From a virus (lineage: Duplodnaviria > Caudoviricetes), in IMG/VR virus record IMGVR_UViG_3300042864_000277, positions 1 through 54,048 of that record: a stretch of 54,048 bases of DNA; one strand, given 5' to 3'. Of the stretch, positions 9,702-18,880 are shown piece by piece. The stretch's first letter is position 1, and every line of letters starts with the position of its first letter. Both the position numbers and the translations under genes were made by a program. The notes under the pieces are model-generated. The model was not told the origin of the DNA, searched no databases, and saw only the letters and a list, made by a program, of their open reading frames with translations.

Positions 9702-10028
9702 ATGGCTGAAACAAATTATGCGTTTATTAAAGACGGCAATGTAACAAATGTTGCAGTATTTGATGAACCAACAGAAGAGCTATTAAATCAATTCAAAACA
9801 GAATTTGGTTTAGATCATATTATCCTAGCAACAGAAAAAACAGCAATTGGTGGAACTTGGGACGGAACAAGATTTATTCTTCCTAAGCCGTTCCCTTCTT
9901 GGATTTTAAATGAAGCGGGAGATTGGGAAGCACCTATTGCTATGCCAGTAAATGAAGGTAAATTCTATCTATGGAATGAAGAAACAGTTTCATGGGACGA
10001 GTTTGATATTCCAGCTCCAACAGAATAA
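9702..10028 (+). CDS. Small Trp/Pro-rich acidic partner of glycine-rich proteins (putative chaperone)
   Basis: PKPFPSWIL...WEAPIAMP..GKFYLWNEETVSW, homologous to the 11794 and 17093 ORFs. Confidence 0.65.
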   Translation: MAETNYAFIKDGNVTNVAVFDEPTEELLNQFKTEFGLDHIILATEKTAIGGTWDGTRFILPKPFPSWILNEAGDWEAPIAMPVNEGKFYLWNEETVSWDEFDIPAPTE

Positions 10029-10054
10029 AATAATTTAAGGATTGGTGTATTTAA

Positions 10055-11794
10055 TTGGCAGATAAAGATTTTAAAGTAAAAGCAGGACTTGATCTTGGAA
10101 CCCCCCTTCCTTTAACAGAGGGCGGAACAGGACAAACGTCTGCTAGTAATGCTTTAAATGCAATATTACCAGTTCAGACATCTGCAGCTAATAAATTTTT
10201 ACAATCAGATGGAACGTCTACATCCTGGGTTGCAGCAGCAGTTGTAAATAATGCCACATTCACAGGATCTTCAATTGTTATTCCATCGGGAACAAGTGAG
10301 GAAAGACCAGCATCTCCAGTAACTGGAGCAATTAGATTAAATACAACATCTGGAACATTAGAATTTTATACAGGCACAGCATGGGGATCAATTGCTACTT
10401 TTCCACAACCACCAACATCCCTTGTTGCAACAAATGTTGGCACATCTCGTGCATATAATAATGGTGCAGCATCTGTAGCATTTACTACAGCATCTGCAGA
10501 TGGCGGATCAACAATTACTGGATATACAATTACATCAAATCCAGGTTCATTTACTGCAACGGGTTCAACATCTCCAATAGTTGTAACAGGATTACAGTCA
10601 GCTACTTCATATACATTTACTGGTACAGCAACAAATTCAATTGGTTTAAGCACAGTGTCTTCAGCCTCATCTAGTATTACCGCTACTACTGTTCCACAAG
10701 CACCAACACCTGGAACAGCAACTGCAACGAATACAACTACTGCAAGCTTGCCATTTACAGCTGGTGCTACTGGTGGCTCAACAATAACAAATTATAAATA
10801 TTCAACTGACGGAACAACATATACAGCACTTTCACCAGCTCAAACTACTAGCCCACTTTCAATTTCTGGACTTACATCTGGAACAACTTATACATTTTAT
10901 ATAAAAGCAGTTAATACTAACGGTGATTCTGCAGCATCTACTGCGTATAATTCATTAGCAATGCCTTTGCCAACAGCTCCAAGCATAGAGTATATTGTTT
11001 TAGCTGGAGGCGGCGCTGGAGGTGCGGCATATAATTCAAATGCCTCTGGCGGAGGTGGTGCAGGAGGAATGCTTACTGGAAATCAAGCTATATCTGCTGG
11101 TACAACTTACATAATTACTGTTGGTACAGGAGGTCCTACAACAGTAGGAAATGCTAACACTGGTTTATATTCTTCAGCACCTAGCGGAACCGCAGGAAAC
11201 GCATCTTCTTTTGGTAATTTAATTTCAACTACTGGTGGCGGAGGCGGCGGCGGAGACGCATTGGAGTCAGTTGATAACTACGGGCAACCTAACTGGAGGG
11301 CCGTTGAAGGCGGCGCTGGAGGAAGCGGTGGAGGTGGGTCCAAACGAGGTGGTGGTGGCTATAATGGTGGTTCAGGAATTGCTGGACAAGGAACAAGTGG
11401 CGGTACTGGCGGCTCTAATAATGGTGGTGGCGGCGGAGGAGGAACTAACGCTGGAACTAGCAATGGAGCTGGCGGAAATGGAAAGTCTGGATTTGATTCA
11501 GTAGTACGTGCAGGCGGCGGTGGTGGAGGAACTGTTGGCTCTGCAGGTAACGGCGGTGGTGGTGCAGGAGGCAATGTTACAGGAGCAGCTGGATCAGCTA
11601 ATCTAGGAGGTGGTGGTGGTGGCACAGGACAAGGAACAAGCAGAAGTGGAGGAAGTGGTGGCTCTGGAATTGTAAAATTTAGATATGCAAGCAATTATGC
11701 CGCACCAAATTCCACAAACGGCTCACCAACAGTCAACAATGATGGTGGATACAGAACATATACATTTAATGGAAGCGGACAGGTGACTTTCTAA
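10055..11794 (+). CDS. Fibre protein: KDFKVK anchor, two FN3 repeats and a glycine-rich domain
   Basis: TTG start, MADKDFKVKAGL; IPSGT..ERP....G.IR.NT motif; FN3 repeats; IEYIVLAGGG...GGSGIVKFRY. Confidence 0.75.
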   Translation: MADKDFKVKAGLDLGTPLPLTEGGTGQTSASNALNAILPVQTSAANKFLQSDGTSTSWVAAAVVNNATFTGSSIVIPSGTSEERPASPVTGAIRLNTTSGTLEFYTGTAWGSIATFPQPPTSLVATNVGTSRAYNNGAASVAFTTASADGGSTITGYTITSNPGSFTATGSTSPIVVTGLQSATSYTFTGTATNSIGLSTVSSASSSITATTVPQAPTPGTATATNTTTASLPFTAGATGGSTITNYKYSTDGTTYTALSPAQTTSPLSISGLTSGTTYTFYIKAVNTNGDSAASTAYNSLAMPLPTAPSIEYIVLAGGGAGGAAYNSNASGGGGAGGMLTGNQAISAGTTYIITVGTGGPTTVGNANTGLYSSAPSGTAGNASSFGNLISTTGGGGGGGDALESVDNYGQPNWRAVEGGAGGSGGGGSKRGGGGYNGGSGIAGQGTSGGTGGSNNGGGGGGGTNAGTSNGAGGNGKSGFDSVVRAGGGGGGTVGSAGNGGGGAGGNVTGAAGSANLGGGGGGTGQGTSRSGGSGGSGIVKFRYASNYAAPNSTNGSPTVNNDGGYRTYTFNGSGQVTF

Positions 11795-12159
11795 TGGCAC
11801 ATTTTGCACAATTAAACGAAAATAATATTGTAACTAATGTTATTGCCGTACATAACAATGAATTATTAGTTGAAGGTGTTGAATCAGAGTCTAAAGGTAT
11901 TGAATTCTGTCAGTCATTATTTGGTGGCAATTGGATTCAAACATCTTACAATGCAAGAATTAGACAAAGATATGCTGGAGTAGGTTTTGCATATTTGCCA
12001 AATAAAGATATTTTTATTGAGCCATCACAATACAATGGCTGGGTTATTGACGAAGAGCTAGAAGATTGGGTTCCGCCATTTCCAAAACCAGACAGTGGAT
12101 CTTGGGTCTGGAACAATGAGACAATAAACTGGCAAGAGCTAGATGAGCAATTGCCATAA
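11794..12159 (+). CDS. MAHFAQL-type small partner protein of glycine-rich fibre proteins
   Basis: MAHFAQL...WIQTSYN..IR.RYAG.G..Y....D.FI.P...W; TAATG overlap with the upstream gene. Confidence 0.7.
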   Translation: MAHFAQLNENNIVTNVIAVHNNELLVEGVESESKGIEFCQSLFGGNWIQTSYNARIRQRYAGVGFAYLPNKDIFIEPSQYNGWVIDEELEDWVPPFPKPDSGSWVWNNETINWQELDEQLP

Positions 12160-12697
12160 AGAAAAATTTATAACAGTAGGTTTTCCAAGAAGTGGCAATA
12201 CATATTTAAATTATTCTTTTAGGTCTTTATATTATCCAGAAAGCACACCCTATAAAGTTTTTCATAGTGCTTCAACAATAGATAAATTTGATCATCTATT
12301 TATACCATTTAGAAACCCACTAGACAGCATAGCCTCTTGGAATAACTACCCATCAAATTGTGAAATAGAATTAGACATTAAATACTATATTAGATTTTAT
12401 AGTCATGTAATGAATAATTTAAACAAAGTAACACTTATGAATTTTGATTGCTTTACTAAAGATATAGAGTATATAAAAGGCAAAGTTAAAGAATCTATAG
12501 ATATTGAAAGTATTTATAGCGTTAGCGATGAACAAATAAAAGCTTATATGATACAAGACAAAAAAAATAAAAATCTTCCTCTATCTAATCCAGATAATGT
12601 TTCTATAATTAAAGAAACATTGGTAAATACAGAAATCTTTAAAGAGTGTCTTGTTATATATGATAACTTATTAAAGGCTACCTCTCACATACACTAG
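12143..12697 (+). CDS. Sulfotransferase-like protein
   Basis: 5'-PSB-like loop GFPRSGNTYL and 3'-PB-like motif FRNPLDSIAS. Confidence 0.65.
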   Translation: MSNCHKEKFITVGFPRSGNTYLNYSFRSLYYPESTPYKVFHSASTIDKFDHLFIPFRNPLDSIASWNNYPSNCEIELDIKYYIRFYSHVMNNLNKVTLMNFDCFTKDIEYIKGKVKESIDIESIYSVSDEQIKAYMIQDKKNKNLPLSNPDNVSIIKETLVNTEIFKECLVIYDNLLKATSHIH

Positions 12698-12724
12698 ACA
12701 TTAGCATGTATAAAATGCTATGAT
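12695..12724 (+). promoter_or_regulatory. Sigma70-type promoter
   Basis: TAGACA-18 nt-TATGAT with an extended TG, upstream of the 12760 ORF. Confidence 0.5.
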
Positions 12725-12759
12725 ATAAGTATTGCATAACCCTAGTTTAAGGATATAAA

Positions 12760-13482
12760 ATGGTAGATATAGTTTTTACAAATATGATGGGTATTGAAGA
12801 AATATTTCCCCCCGAACCCGCTTTTAAAAATATACCAGATTGGTATAAAGATATAGAATCTTATATTGGCGGAGAAAAAAAACCAACTGGAAATGGCAAT
12901 ACAACAGGAACAATTAAACGTTGTATGCCAGTATTTGATGTAATGAATGCAGGATATATTATTAAAACTCCAGCAGATGTTTACGTATCACAAAAAGAGA
13001 TGTTTGATGAAAACGGTGATTCAATGGGTAAAAGACCATGGTATGAGTGGGCAAATTTTAATTTAATTGAATTTCATCCAGTAGAACAAGCACCAAATCA
13101 TCCAAATAGAAATGGTCATCAAGAGGCATATCCTAAATGGATTAATCCATGGGCAATTAAAACACCACCAGGATATTCCGTTCTATTTGTACAACCATTT
13201 CATAGACCATCAGATTTTACTATTTTGCCAGGAATTGTAGATACTGATACCTATTCAGCTCCCGTCAATTTTCCATTTGTGCTAAACGATATAAATTTTG
13301 AAGGCATTATTCCAGCGGGAACAGCAGTAGCTCAGGTTATTCCTTTTCAAAGAGAAGACTGGCAGATGTCTATTGGCAAAAATGAAGAGATTATGGAAAC
13401 AAGCAAAATTACAACAAAGCTTAGAACACGTTTCTTTGACTCGTATAAAACTCAATACAGACAGACAAAAGAATATAGATAA
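12760..13482 (+). CDS. Hypothetical phage protein
   Basis: 240-aa ORF with TIKRCMPVFD, KWINPW.IKTPPGYS.LF..P and G.VDTD motifs. Function not assignable. Confidence 0.6.
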   Translation: MVDIVFTNMMGIEEIFPPEPAFKNIPDWYKDIESYIGGEKKPTGNGNTTGTIKRCMPVFDVMNAGYIIKTPADVYVSQKEMFDENGDSMGKRPWYEWANFNLIEFHPVEQAPNHPNRNGHQEAYPKWINPWAIKTPPGYSVLFVQPFHRPSDFTILPGIVDTDTYSAPVNFPFVLNDINFEGIIPAGTAVAQVIPFQREDWQMSIGKNEEIMETSKITTKLRTRFFDSYKTQYRQTKEYR

Positions 13483-14240
13483 TGATCATACAAGTTATTG
13501 GTTTGCCTGGAAGTGGAAAAACCACACTTGCTATCGCTCTTAAAGAGCGTATAAATGCCATTCATTTAAATGCAGACTATGTTCGTGCAACAATTAATTC
13601 AGATCTTGGATTTACAATTGAAGATAGAATTGAGCATGCACGTAGATTGGGTGAAATTGCACGTATGCTAGATGGGCAAGGGCATACAGTAATTGTAGAT
13701 TTTATTTGCCCAACAAGCCTAACTCGTGCAGCATTTGGCAAACCAAACATTTTGATATTTATGGATACATTAGCAGAGGGACGCTTTGAAGATACAAATA
13801 AAATGTTTGAGCGTCCTACAGAATTTGATGCATCTTTTATTAGTCATAATTTAAATGCTGAAGAAAAGGCATCATATATAATTGAAAAGTTTAATCTTCA
13901 TGATTGGTCCGCTCCAACAACTCTCATGCTTGGAAGATACCAGCCATGGCATGAAGGACATCATGCATTATATAAAGAGGCGGGGAAAAGAACAGATCAA
14001 GTACTTCTTGGAGTACGTAATACATATAACACAAGCGAGAAAGATCCTCTTAAATTTGATCAAGTAAAAGAATATATTGCCAAAGATGAATTTATGGATG
14101 GAGCATTAGTATTAAGATTGCCTAATATTACTAATATTGTATATGGAAGAGACGTAGGATATAAGATTGAACAAGTAGATTTAGGTGCAGATATTCATGC
14201 TATTTCTGCAACGCAAAAACGCAAGGAAATGGGTATATGA
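13482..14240 (+). CDS. cysC: Adenylylsulfate (APS) kinase fused to an HxGH nucleotidyltransferase domain
   Basis: Walker A GLPGSGKTT, LNADYVR, DLGFTIEDRIEHARR and FICP are CysC-like. The C-terminal half has GRYQPWHEGH and ISATQKR. Confidence 0.75.
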   Translation: MIIQVIGLPGSGKTTLAIALKERINAIHLNADYVRATINSDLGFTIEDRIEHARRLGEIARMLDGQGHTVIVDFICPTSLTRAAFGKPNILIFMDTLAEGRFEDTNKMFERPTEFDASFISHNLNAEEKASYIIEKFNLHDWSAPTTLMLGRYQPWHEGHHALYKEAGKRTDQVLLGVRNTYNTSEKDPLKFDQVKEYIAKDEFMDGALVLRLPNITNIVYGRDVGYKIEQVDLGADIHAISATQKRKEMGI

Positions 14241-14536
14241 GTAAATTAAGCTATGTTTTAAAAATTGCAAAAGACAGATGGCTTCGCCCATATGATGATA
14301 TTATTCTACGTTTTAATACTAAGGCAGAAAAAGACAATCCTCTGGTCTGGAGAGTTTATATAAATGGTGTGGAGCTACTTGCAAGCGGATTTGAAATTCA
14401 TGGATATATGCATGATCAAATTTCCTATGAAGGCGAAGTTAAAAAGTTTAATGTTGGATGCAAGGGGCGTGTACGTTGGGACGGAACAAAGGCTGTTATA
14501 ATAACATCTAAAAAAGAGCCAGATACAGCATTTTAA
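14237..14536 (+). CDS. Hypothetical protein
   Basis: 99-aa ORF with an ATGA overlap with the cysC-like gene. Confidence 0.6.
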   Translation: MSKLSYVLKIAKDRWLRPYDDIILRFNTKAEKDNPLVWRVYINGVELLASGFEIHGYMHDQISYEGEVKKFNVGCKGRVRWDGTKAVIITSKKEPDTAF

Positions 14537-14554
14537 AGCCTAATAATCCCATTA

Positions 14555-14563
14555 TGATATAAT
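14555..14563 (+). promoter_or_regulatory. Extended -10 promoter
   Basis: TGATATAAT in the intergenic gap before the 14597 ORF. Confidence 0.5.
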
Positions 14564-14596
14564 TATCATATATCAATAAGGGGATAGTGAACCAAG

Positions 14597-15103
14597 TTGT
14601 CAAATAAAGATTTTAAGGTTAAAAATAAGCTGCAGGTAGCAGGTATTACTTCTGCTGGCCCGCTTGTCTCAGATGCCTCTGGTAATGTAGATTCAACTTC
14701 TTCAATTGCCACACAATTTGGCGGAACAGGAACAACAACATCTCCCAACTCTGGAGAATTTTTATATTCATCTGCTGGAACTACATATGCTGCAACTTCA
14801 TTATCAACCACCGTCCCTCTTTGGTCGGCAGTATCAGTAAGCTCAAATATAACACTTTCTAAATGGAATAACTATATGGTTGACACATCTGCTGTAAGAA
14901 CATTGACTCTTCCAGCATCACCATCATCTGGAGATGAAATTCATATTTTTGATGTAACTGGAACAGCAGCAACAAATAAAATTACAGTAAGTTCAAATTC
15001 AAATAAAATAAATGGTTCAGTTCAAGATTTAGACATAGATGCAAATAATGCAGCAGCTGTTTTAATCTATACTGGATCAACTTATGGATGGAGAGTAGGA
15101 TAA
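14597..15103 (+). CDS. Fibre anchor/adaptor protein (KDFKVK motif)
   Basis: TTG start, MSNKDFKVKNKL; C-terminal YMVDTS..RTLTLPASPSSGDEI.I.D...GW fibre module. Confidence 0.65.
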   Translation: MSNKDFKVKNKLQVAGITSAGPLVSDASGNVDSTSSIATQFGGTGTTTSPNSGEFLYSSAGTTYAATSLSTTVPLWSAVSVSSNITLSKWNNYMVDTSAVRTLTLPASPSSGDEIHIFDVTGTAATNKITVSSNSNKINGSVQDLDIDANNAAAVLIYTGSTYGWRVG

Positions 15104-17103
15104 TGGCATTAAGTTATACAAGTTTATCTGGGGGCGGCGGAGCAGCAACAAATGATTTTAATATAAATGTAGGATCTTCTGGCTACACAAATGTTTCACT
15201 GACAACAACTTTTCCAGCAGGTAGTTACATATGTACATCTACTCTATCAGACGCCACACTTGATATTTATTTAATTAATGAAGACGGAACAAGCGCAGGA
15301 TATGCAAATGCAACAACTTCATCAACTACTGTTGTTGCATCTAAATCTTTTAATAAGGTTGTTATTTATGGAGCTGCAAATAATGACATTTTAACATTTC
15401 AATTTTTATATGTTTTTAATCCTACCGATGTAGGAACAAATGTTGCAGCAGCTGCAAGATTAATATCAACAGGCACTGCCTCTCTTCCAAATATAAATAA
15501 TACAACTGTTTTAACTGGCCAAAATTTTGCTACTGATGTTGAGGTAACATTTACTGGATCAGATTTAGTCGCTAGAAATGCAAAATCTGTTACTAGAACC
15601 TCTTCTACATCTTTAACTGTTACAAGACCAGATGATATGCCAACTACATATTCACCCTATACAATTACTGCAACAAATCCTGGAATTTCTGTACCAACAT
15701 CAACAAATGCACATAAACTAATAAATGCAATAACAGTTGGAGCAGCACCTGTCTGGGTCACATCTGCTACACTTCCAACGTTTTTTACAAATCTTGCATA
15801 TTCAACAACTTTATCTGCAACAGATGCTGACGGAAGCTCTTCAATAACATATTCACTTGCATCTGGATCCCTTCCTTCTTCAATGACATTAAATTCTTCA
15901 ACTGGAGTAATTTCTGGAACCTCTAACTCTGCTTCTGCTGGATCATTTACTATTAGGGCTACCGACTCTGGCGGCAACTTTGTAGATAGAGCATTTACAA
16001 TGGCAAGACAAACAGTTCCAGTAGCTCCAACATCAGTTGTAGGAACAAAAACTTCAACAGTAGGTGCCATTTCTGTTGCATTTACAGCACCAACAACTGG
16101 ATACACACCTACATCTTATACCGTTACATCTAGTCCAGGCTCAATTACTGGAACAGGCTCTGCCTCACCTATTATTGTTTCAGGATTAACTGGTGGAACT
16201 AGCTATACATTTACGGTAACTTCTACCTCTGCACAAGGAACATCTGCAGCAAGCTCTGCATCTTCTGCAGTTACAGCTCCAACTACATTAACAACAACAT
16301 TTAATTCCAGTGGCACTTTTACAAACCCAGGAGTATCAAATGTTGAGGTTCTAGTTGTTGGCGGCGGCGGCGGCGGAGGGTTCGGCGGAGATAATCTATC
16401 TGGTGGATTTGGCGGCGGCGGCGGCGGCGCAGGCGGAGTACAGTATTCTGCCGCTCTTTCAATTAGCGCAAACACTAACTACGCAGTAACAGTTGGCAAT
16501 GGCGGCGGAGGCGATACTAGCGGAAACTCTTCAGTATTTGCAAATCTAACTGCCCTTGGAGGAGAAAGAGGAGCAAATAGTACTGCAAATGCTAGAGTAA
16601 CTGCAAATAGTGGATTTGGTTCAGGTGGCGGAGGTGCGACAGTTTCAAATAATACTATTAATACTAATAGACATTTAGGAGGAACAGGAACATCTGGGCA
16701 AGGAAAAGCTGGATCTACCGCATATGCAAACAATGCTGGTGGAGGAGGCGGTTCACTAAATGCCTCTCCAAACTCAAGTGGAAATACTGTATCTACTGCT
16801 TATTACGGCGTACCAGGCGGAGCCGTAACTTACTTTGGAAGTAAATACGCAGCAGGTGGTGGAGGAGCAAATCCTTATTCTCCATACACATCAGGTGACG
16901 GATTGGGCGGGGCATCTGGCTCTGCTGGAGATTCCCGTTTCGATAACTTTAGAGCTTTTACATTGCCTGGTGCAGGAGCGAATGGTACTGGTACTGGAGG
17001 CGGAGGAGGTTGTGGATGGGTAAATATTATTAATTCAAATTCACAAAATACATCTGGTGCAAGCGGTGGTAATGGGGTGGTGATCTTAAAATATGTCGGT
17101 TAA
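15103..17103 (+). CDS. Ig-like/FN3 plus glycine-rich fibre tip protein
   Basis: Likely start is ATG 15103 (TAATG overlap). It has a putative Ig module (ATDADG...YSLASGSLP...LNSSTGVISGT), an FN3 repeat and a Gly-rich domain ending GGNGVVILKY. Confidence 0.7.
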   Translation: MALSYTSLSGGGGAATNDFNINVGSSGYTNVSLTTTFPAGSYICTSTLSDATLDIYLINEDGTSAGYANATTSSTTVVASKSFNKVVIYGAANNDILTFQFLYVFNPTDVGTNVAAAARLISTGTASLPNINNTTVLTGQNFATDVEVTFTGSDLVARNAKSVTRTSSTSLTVTRPDDMPTTYSPYTITATNPGISVPTSTNAHKLINAITVGAAPVWVTSATLPTFFTNLAYSTTLSATDADGSSSITYSLASGSLPSSMTLNSSTGVISGTSNSASAGSFTIRATDSGGNFVDRAFTMARQTVPVAPTSVVGTKTSTVGAISVAFTAPTTGYTPTSYTVTSSPGSITGTGSASPIIVSGLTGGTSYTFTVTSTSAQGTSAASSASSAVTAPTTLTTTFNSSGTFTNPGVSNVEVLVVGGGGGGGFGGDNLSGGFGGGGGGAGGVQYSAALSISANTNYAVTVGNGGGGDTSGNSSVFANLTALGGERGANSTANARVTANSGFGSGGGGATVSNNTINTNRHLGGTGTSGQGKAGSTAYANNAGGGGGSLNASPNSSGNTVSTAYYGVPGGAVTYFGSKYAAGGGGANPYSPYTSGDGLGGASGSAGDSRFDNFRAFTLPGAGANGTGTGGGGGCGWVNIINSNSQNTSGASGGNGVVILKYVG

Positions 17104-17263
17104 TCACGAATTTGATGAGTCTTTACCAAAACCACATGAGTCTTGGGTTTTAAAAGACAACGGTCTTGGAGGTAAATATTGGGATTCACCAGTTGCTTTA
17201 CCAGTAGACGGAAAGACTTACTATTGGCATGAAGAATCTTTATCATGGAGGGAAGTAGAATGA
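17093..17263 (+). CDS. 56-aa Trp/Pro-rich partner protein (absent from the ORF track)
   Basis: Manual translation MSVNHEFDESLPKPHESWVL...WDSPVALPVDGKTYYWHEESLSWREVE matches the C-terminal half of the 9702 ORF. Confidence 0.7.
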   Translation: MSVNHEFDESLPKPHESWVLKDNGLGGKYWDSPVALPVDGKTYYWHEESLSWREVE

Positions 17264-17820
17264 CGCTAATATACTCTGATGGTTATTTTAGAACAGGATC
17301 TAATTTTTTACACCACTCTTTAAAAATTGCTTATCCAAATGCAGTTATTACTTCAGACGACCCTGCGCCACATTTTGGGGTCGGACTTATAAAAGATTTA
17401 ACAATTTATTCTGGAATAGCAATTTCTTTAAGAGATCCAGTAGATACACTTAGTTCTGTTTTTTCATTTTTTAAAATAGAAAACAACCCTGAGCAAAAAA
17501 ATCAACACGTTAAATATGTTAAAACATATTTAGAAGACATTAAAAATAATAAAGAAAATATTTTTATTTCTAAGTTTGATGAAATGTCTACTGATATAAA
17601 TTCTGTACTTAATAAATTCTATCAAAAATTTCCACAATTAGGAGAACCTCTTCAAGTAAATGATTTAGATGTAACTAATAGTTTAATATCTAGTGGTAGA
17701 ACACATGCAGTTCCTGGATTTAATACAGAAGATAATACAGAACTACATTCACAAATAATAACAGAGTTTGCTGCTGATTTAGAACAAATATACCTAATTT
17801 ATAATGAAATAATTGCATAA
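17260..17820 (+). CDS. Sulfotransferase-like protein (divergent)
   Basis: Likely start is ATG 17260 (ATGA overlap). GYFRTGSNFL and LRDPVDTLSS parallel the motifs of the 12143 ORF. Confidence 0.55.
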   Translation: MTLIYSDGYFRTGSNFLHHSLKIAYPNAVITSDDPAPHFGVGLIKDLTIYSGIAISLRDPVDTLSSVFSFFKIENNPEQKNQHVKYVKTYLEDIKNNKENIFISKFDEMSTDINSVLNKFYQKFPQLGEPLQVNDLDVTNSLISSGRTHAVPGFNTEDNTELHSQIITEFAADLEQIYLIYNEIIA

Positions 17821-17839
17821 TAAATTTAATTAATAAACA

Positions 17840-17868
17840 TTTACAATAATTGTTTTAAATAGTAGAAT
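17840..17868 (+). promoter_or_regulatory. Sigma70-type leaderless promoter
   Basis: TTTACA-17 nt-TAGAAT, with ATG 17876 7 nt downstream. Confidence 0.6.
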
Positions 17869-17875
17869 AGGTACT

Positions 17876-18880
17876 ATGAATCTAGTACAAAGATCAATAG
17901 ATAATGGGGGAAATTTAGTTCCCCTTATTATTCCAGCCGAAGTTTCAGACGGAATGGGATTAATGAATCCTTCTATCTTTATTGATGACGATGGAGATAT
18001 TTTAGTTAATATTCGTAGAGTTAATTATACACTTTATCATTCAGAAAAAGATCAAAACTTCTTTAGCCCTTGGGGACCACTATCATACTTGCATCCTGAA
18101 AAAGATCAAAGATTAGTTACAACTAATTATATATGTCTGCTAGATAATGATTTAAATATAATTAATTATACTAAAGTAGACTATTCTAAATTTGATGTCC
18201 CGCCAATTTGGGAGTTTGTTGGCGAAGAAGATTGCAGAATTACACAATGGGATGGAGATTATTACCTTATTGGTGTTCGCCGTGATACAACTCCAAATGG
18301 GCAAGGCCGTATGGAATATTCTAAGATTGAATTAGATAAAGAAAGTTGGACTGCAACAGAAATACAGCGTGTAAGAATTCCAGCTCCAATTGATGAATCA
18401 ACCTCATATTGTGAGAAAAACTGGATGCCAATATTAGATCAACCATACCACTTTGTTAAATGGGCAATGCCTACAGAGATAGTTAAAGCTAATCCAGATA
18501 AATCAGAGTGTAAACAGGTTATTGTTAAATCTACTCCTGCCGCCCCAATTGATCAAAGAGGAGGAACCAATGTTATTAAATGGGGAGAGTACTACATTAC
18601 AGTTACTCATGAAGTAAATCTATGGAAAAACTACCTAAATCAAAAAGATTCAATCTATAGACATAGAGTTATTGTATGGGATAAAGACTTCAACTTTGTT
18701 GGGCTAAGCAAATCATTTGCATTCCTTGATACCCCAATTGAGTTTTGCGTAGGTGCAGCAATTAAAAATGATAATTTATTACTAAGCTTTGGCGTTCAGG
18801 ACAATGCAGCATTTATATTAGAAGTTCCAACAAATGTTGTAAATGAAATTATTACGGAGGCAATGGCATATGGCAATTAG
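17876..18880 (+). CDS. Beta-propeller glycosidase/phosphorylase-like protein (GH130/GH43/DUF377-like)
   Basis: NPSI, GEEDCRI, EKNWMP, RGG, IEFCVG and SFGVQD motifs. Confidence 0.65.
   Translation: MNLVQRSIDNGGNLVPLIIPAEVSDGMGLMNPSIFIDDDGDILVNIRRVNYTLYHSEKDQNFFSPWGPLSYLHPEKDQRLVTTNYICLLDNDLNIINYTKVDYSKFDVPPIWEFVGEEDCRITQWDGDYYLIGVRRDTTPNGQGRMEYSKIELDKESWTATEIQRVRIPAPIDESTSYCEKNWMPILDQPYHFVKWAMPTEIVKANPDKSECKQVIVKSTPAAPIDQRGGTNVIKWGEYYITVTHEVNLWKNYLNQKDSIYRHRVIVWDKDFNFVGLSKSFAFLDTPIEFCVGAAIKNDNLLLSFGVQDNAAFILEVPTNVVNEIITEAMAYGN

Noticed and set aside
16360-16430. GGC triplet runs as phase-variation tracts
   Set aside because: Triplet slippage keeps the frame, and the runs are explained by poly-Gly coding.
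7661-16733. Minus-strand poly-proline ORFs
   Set aside because: They are antisense shadows of GGN glycine codons in the + strand genes.
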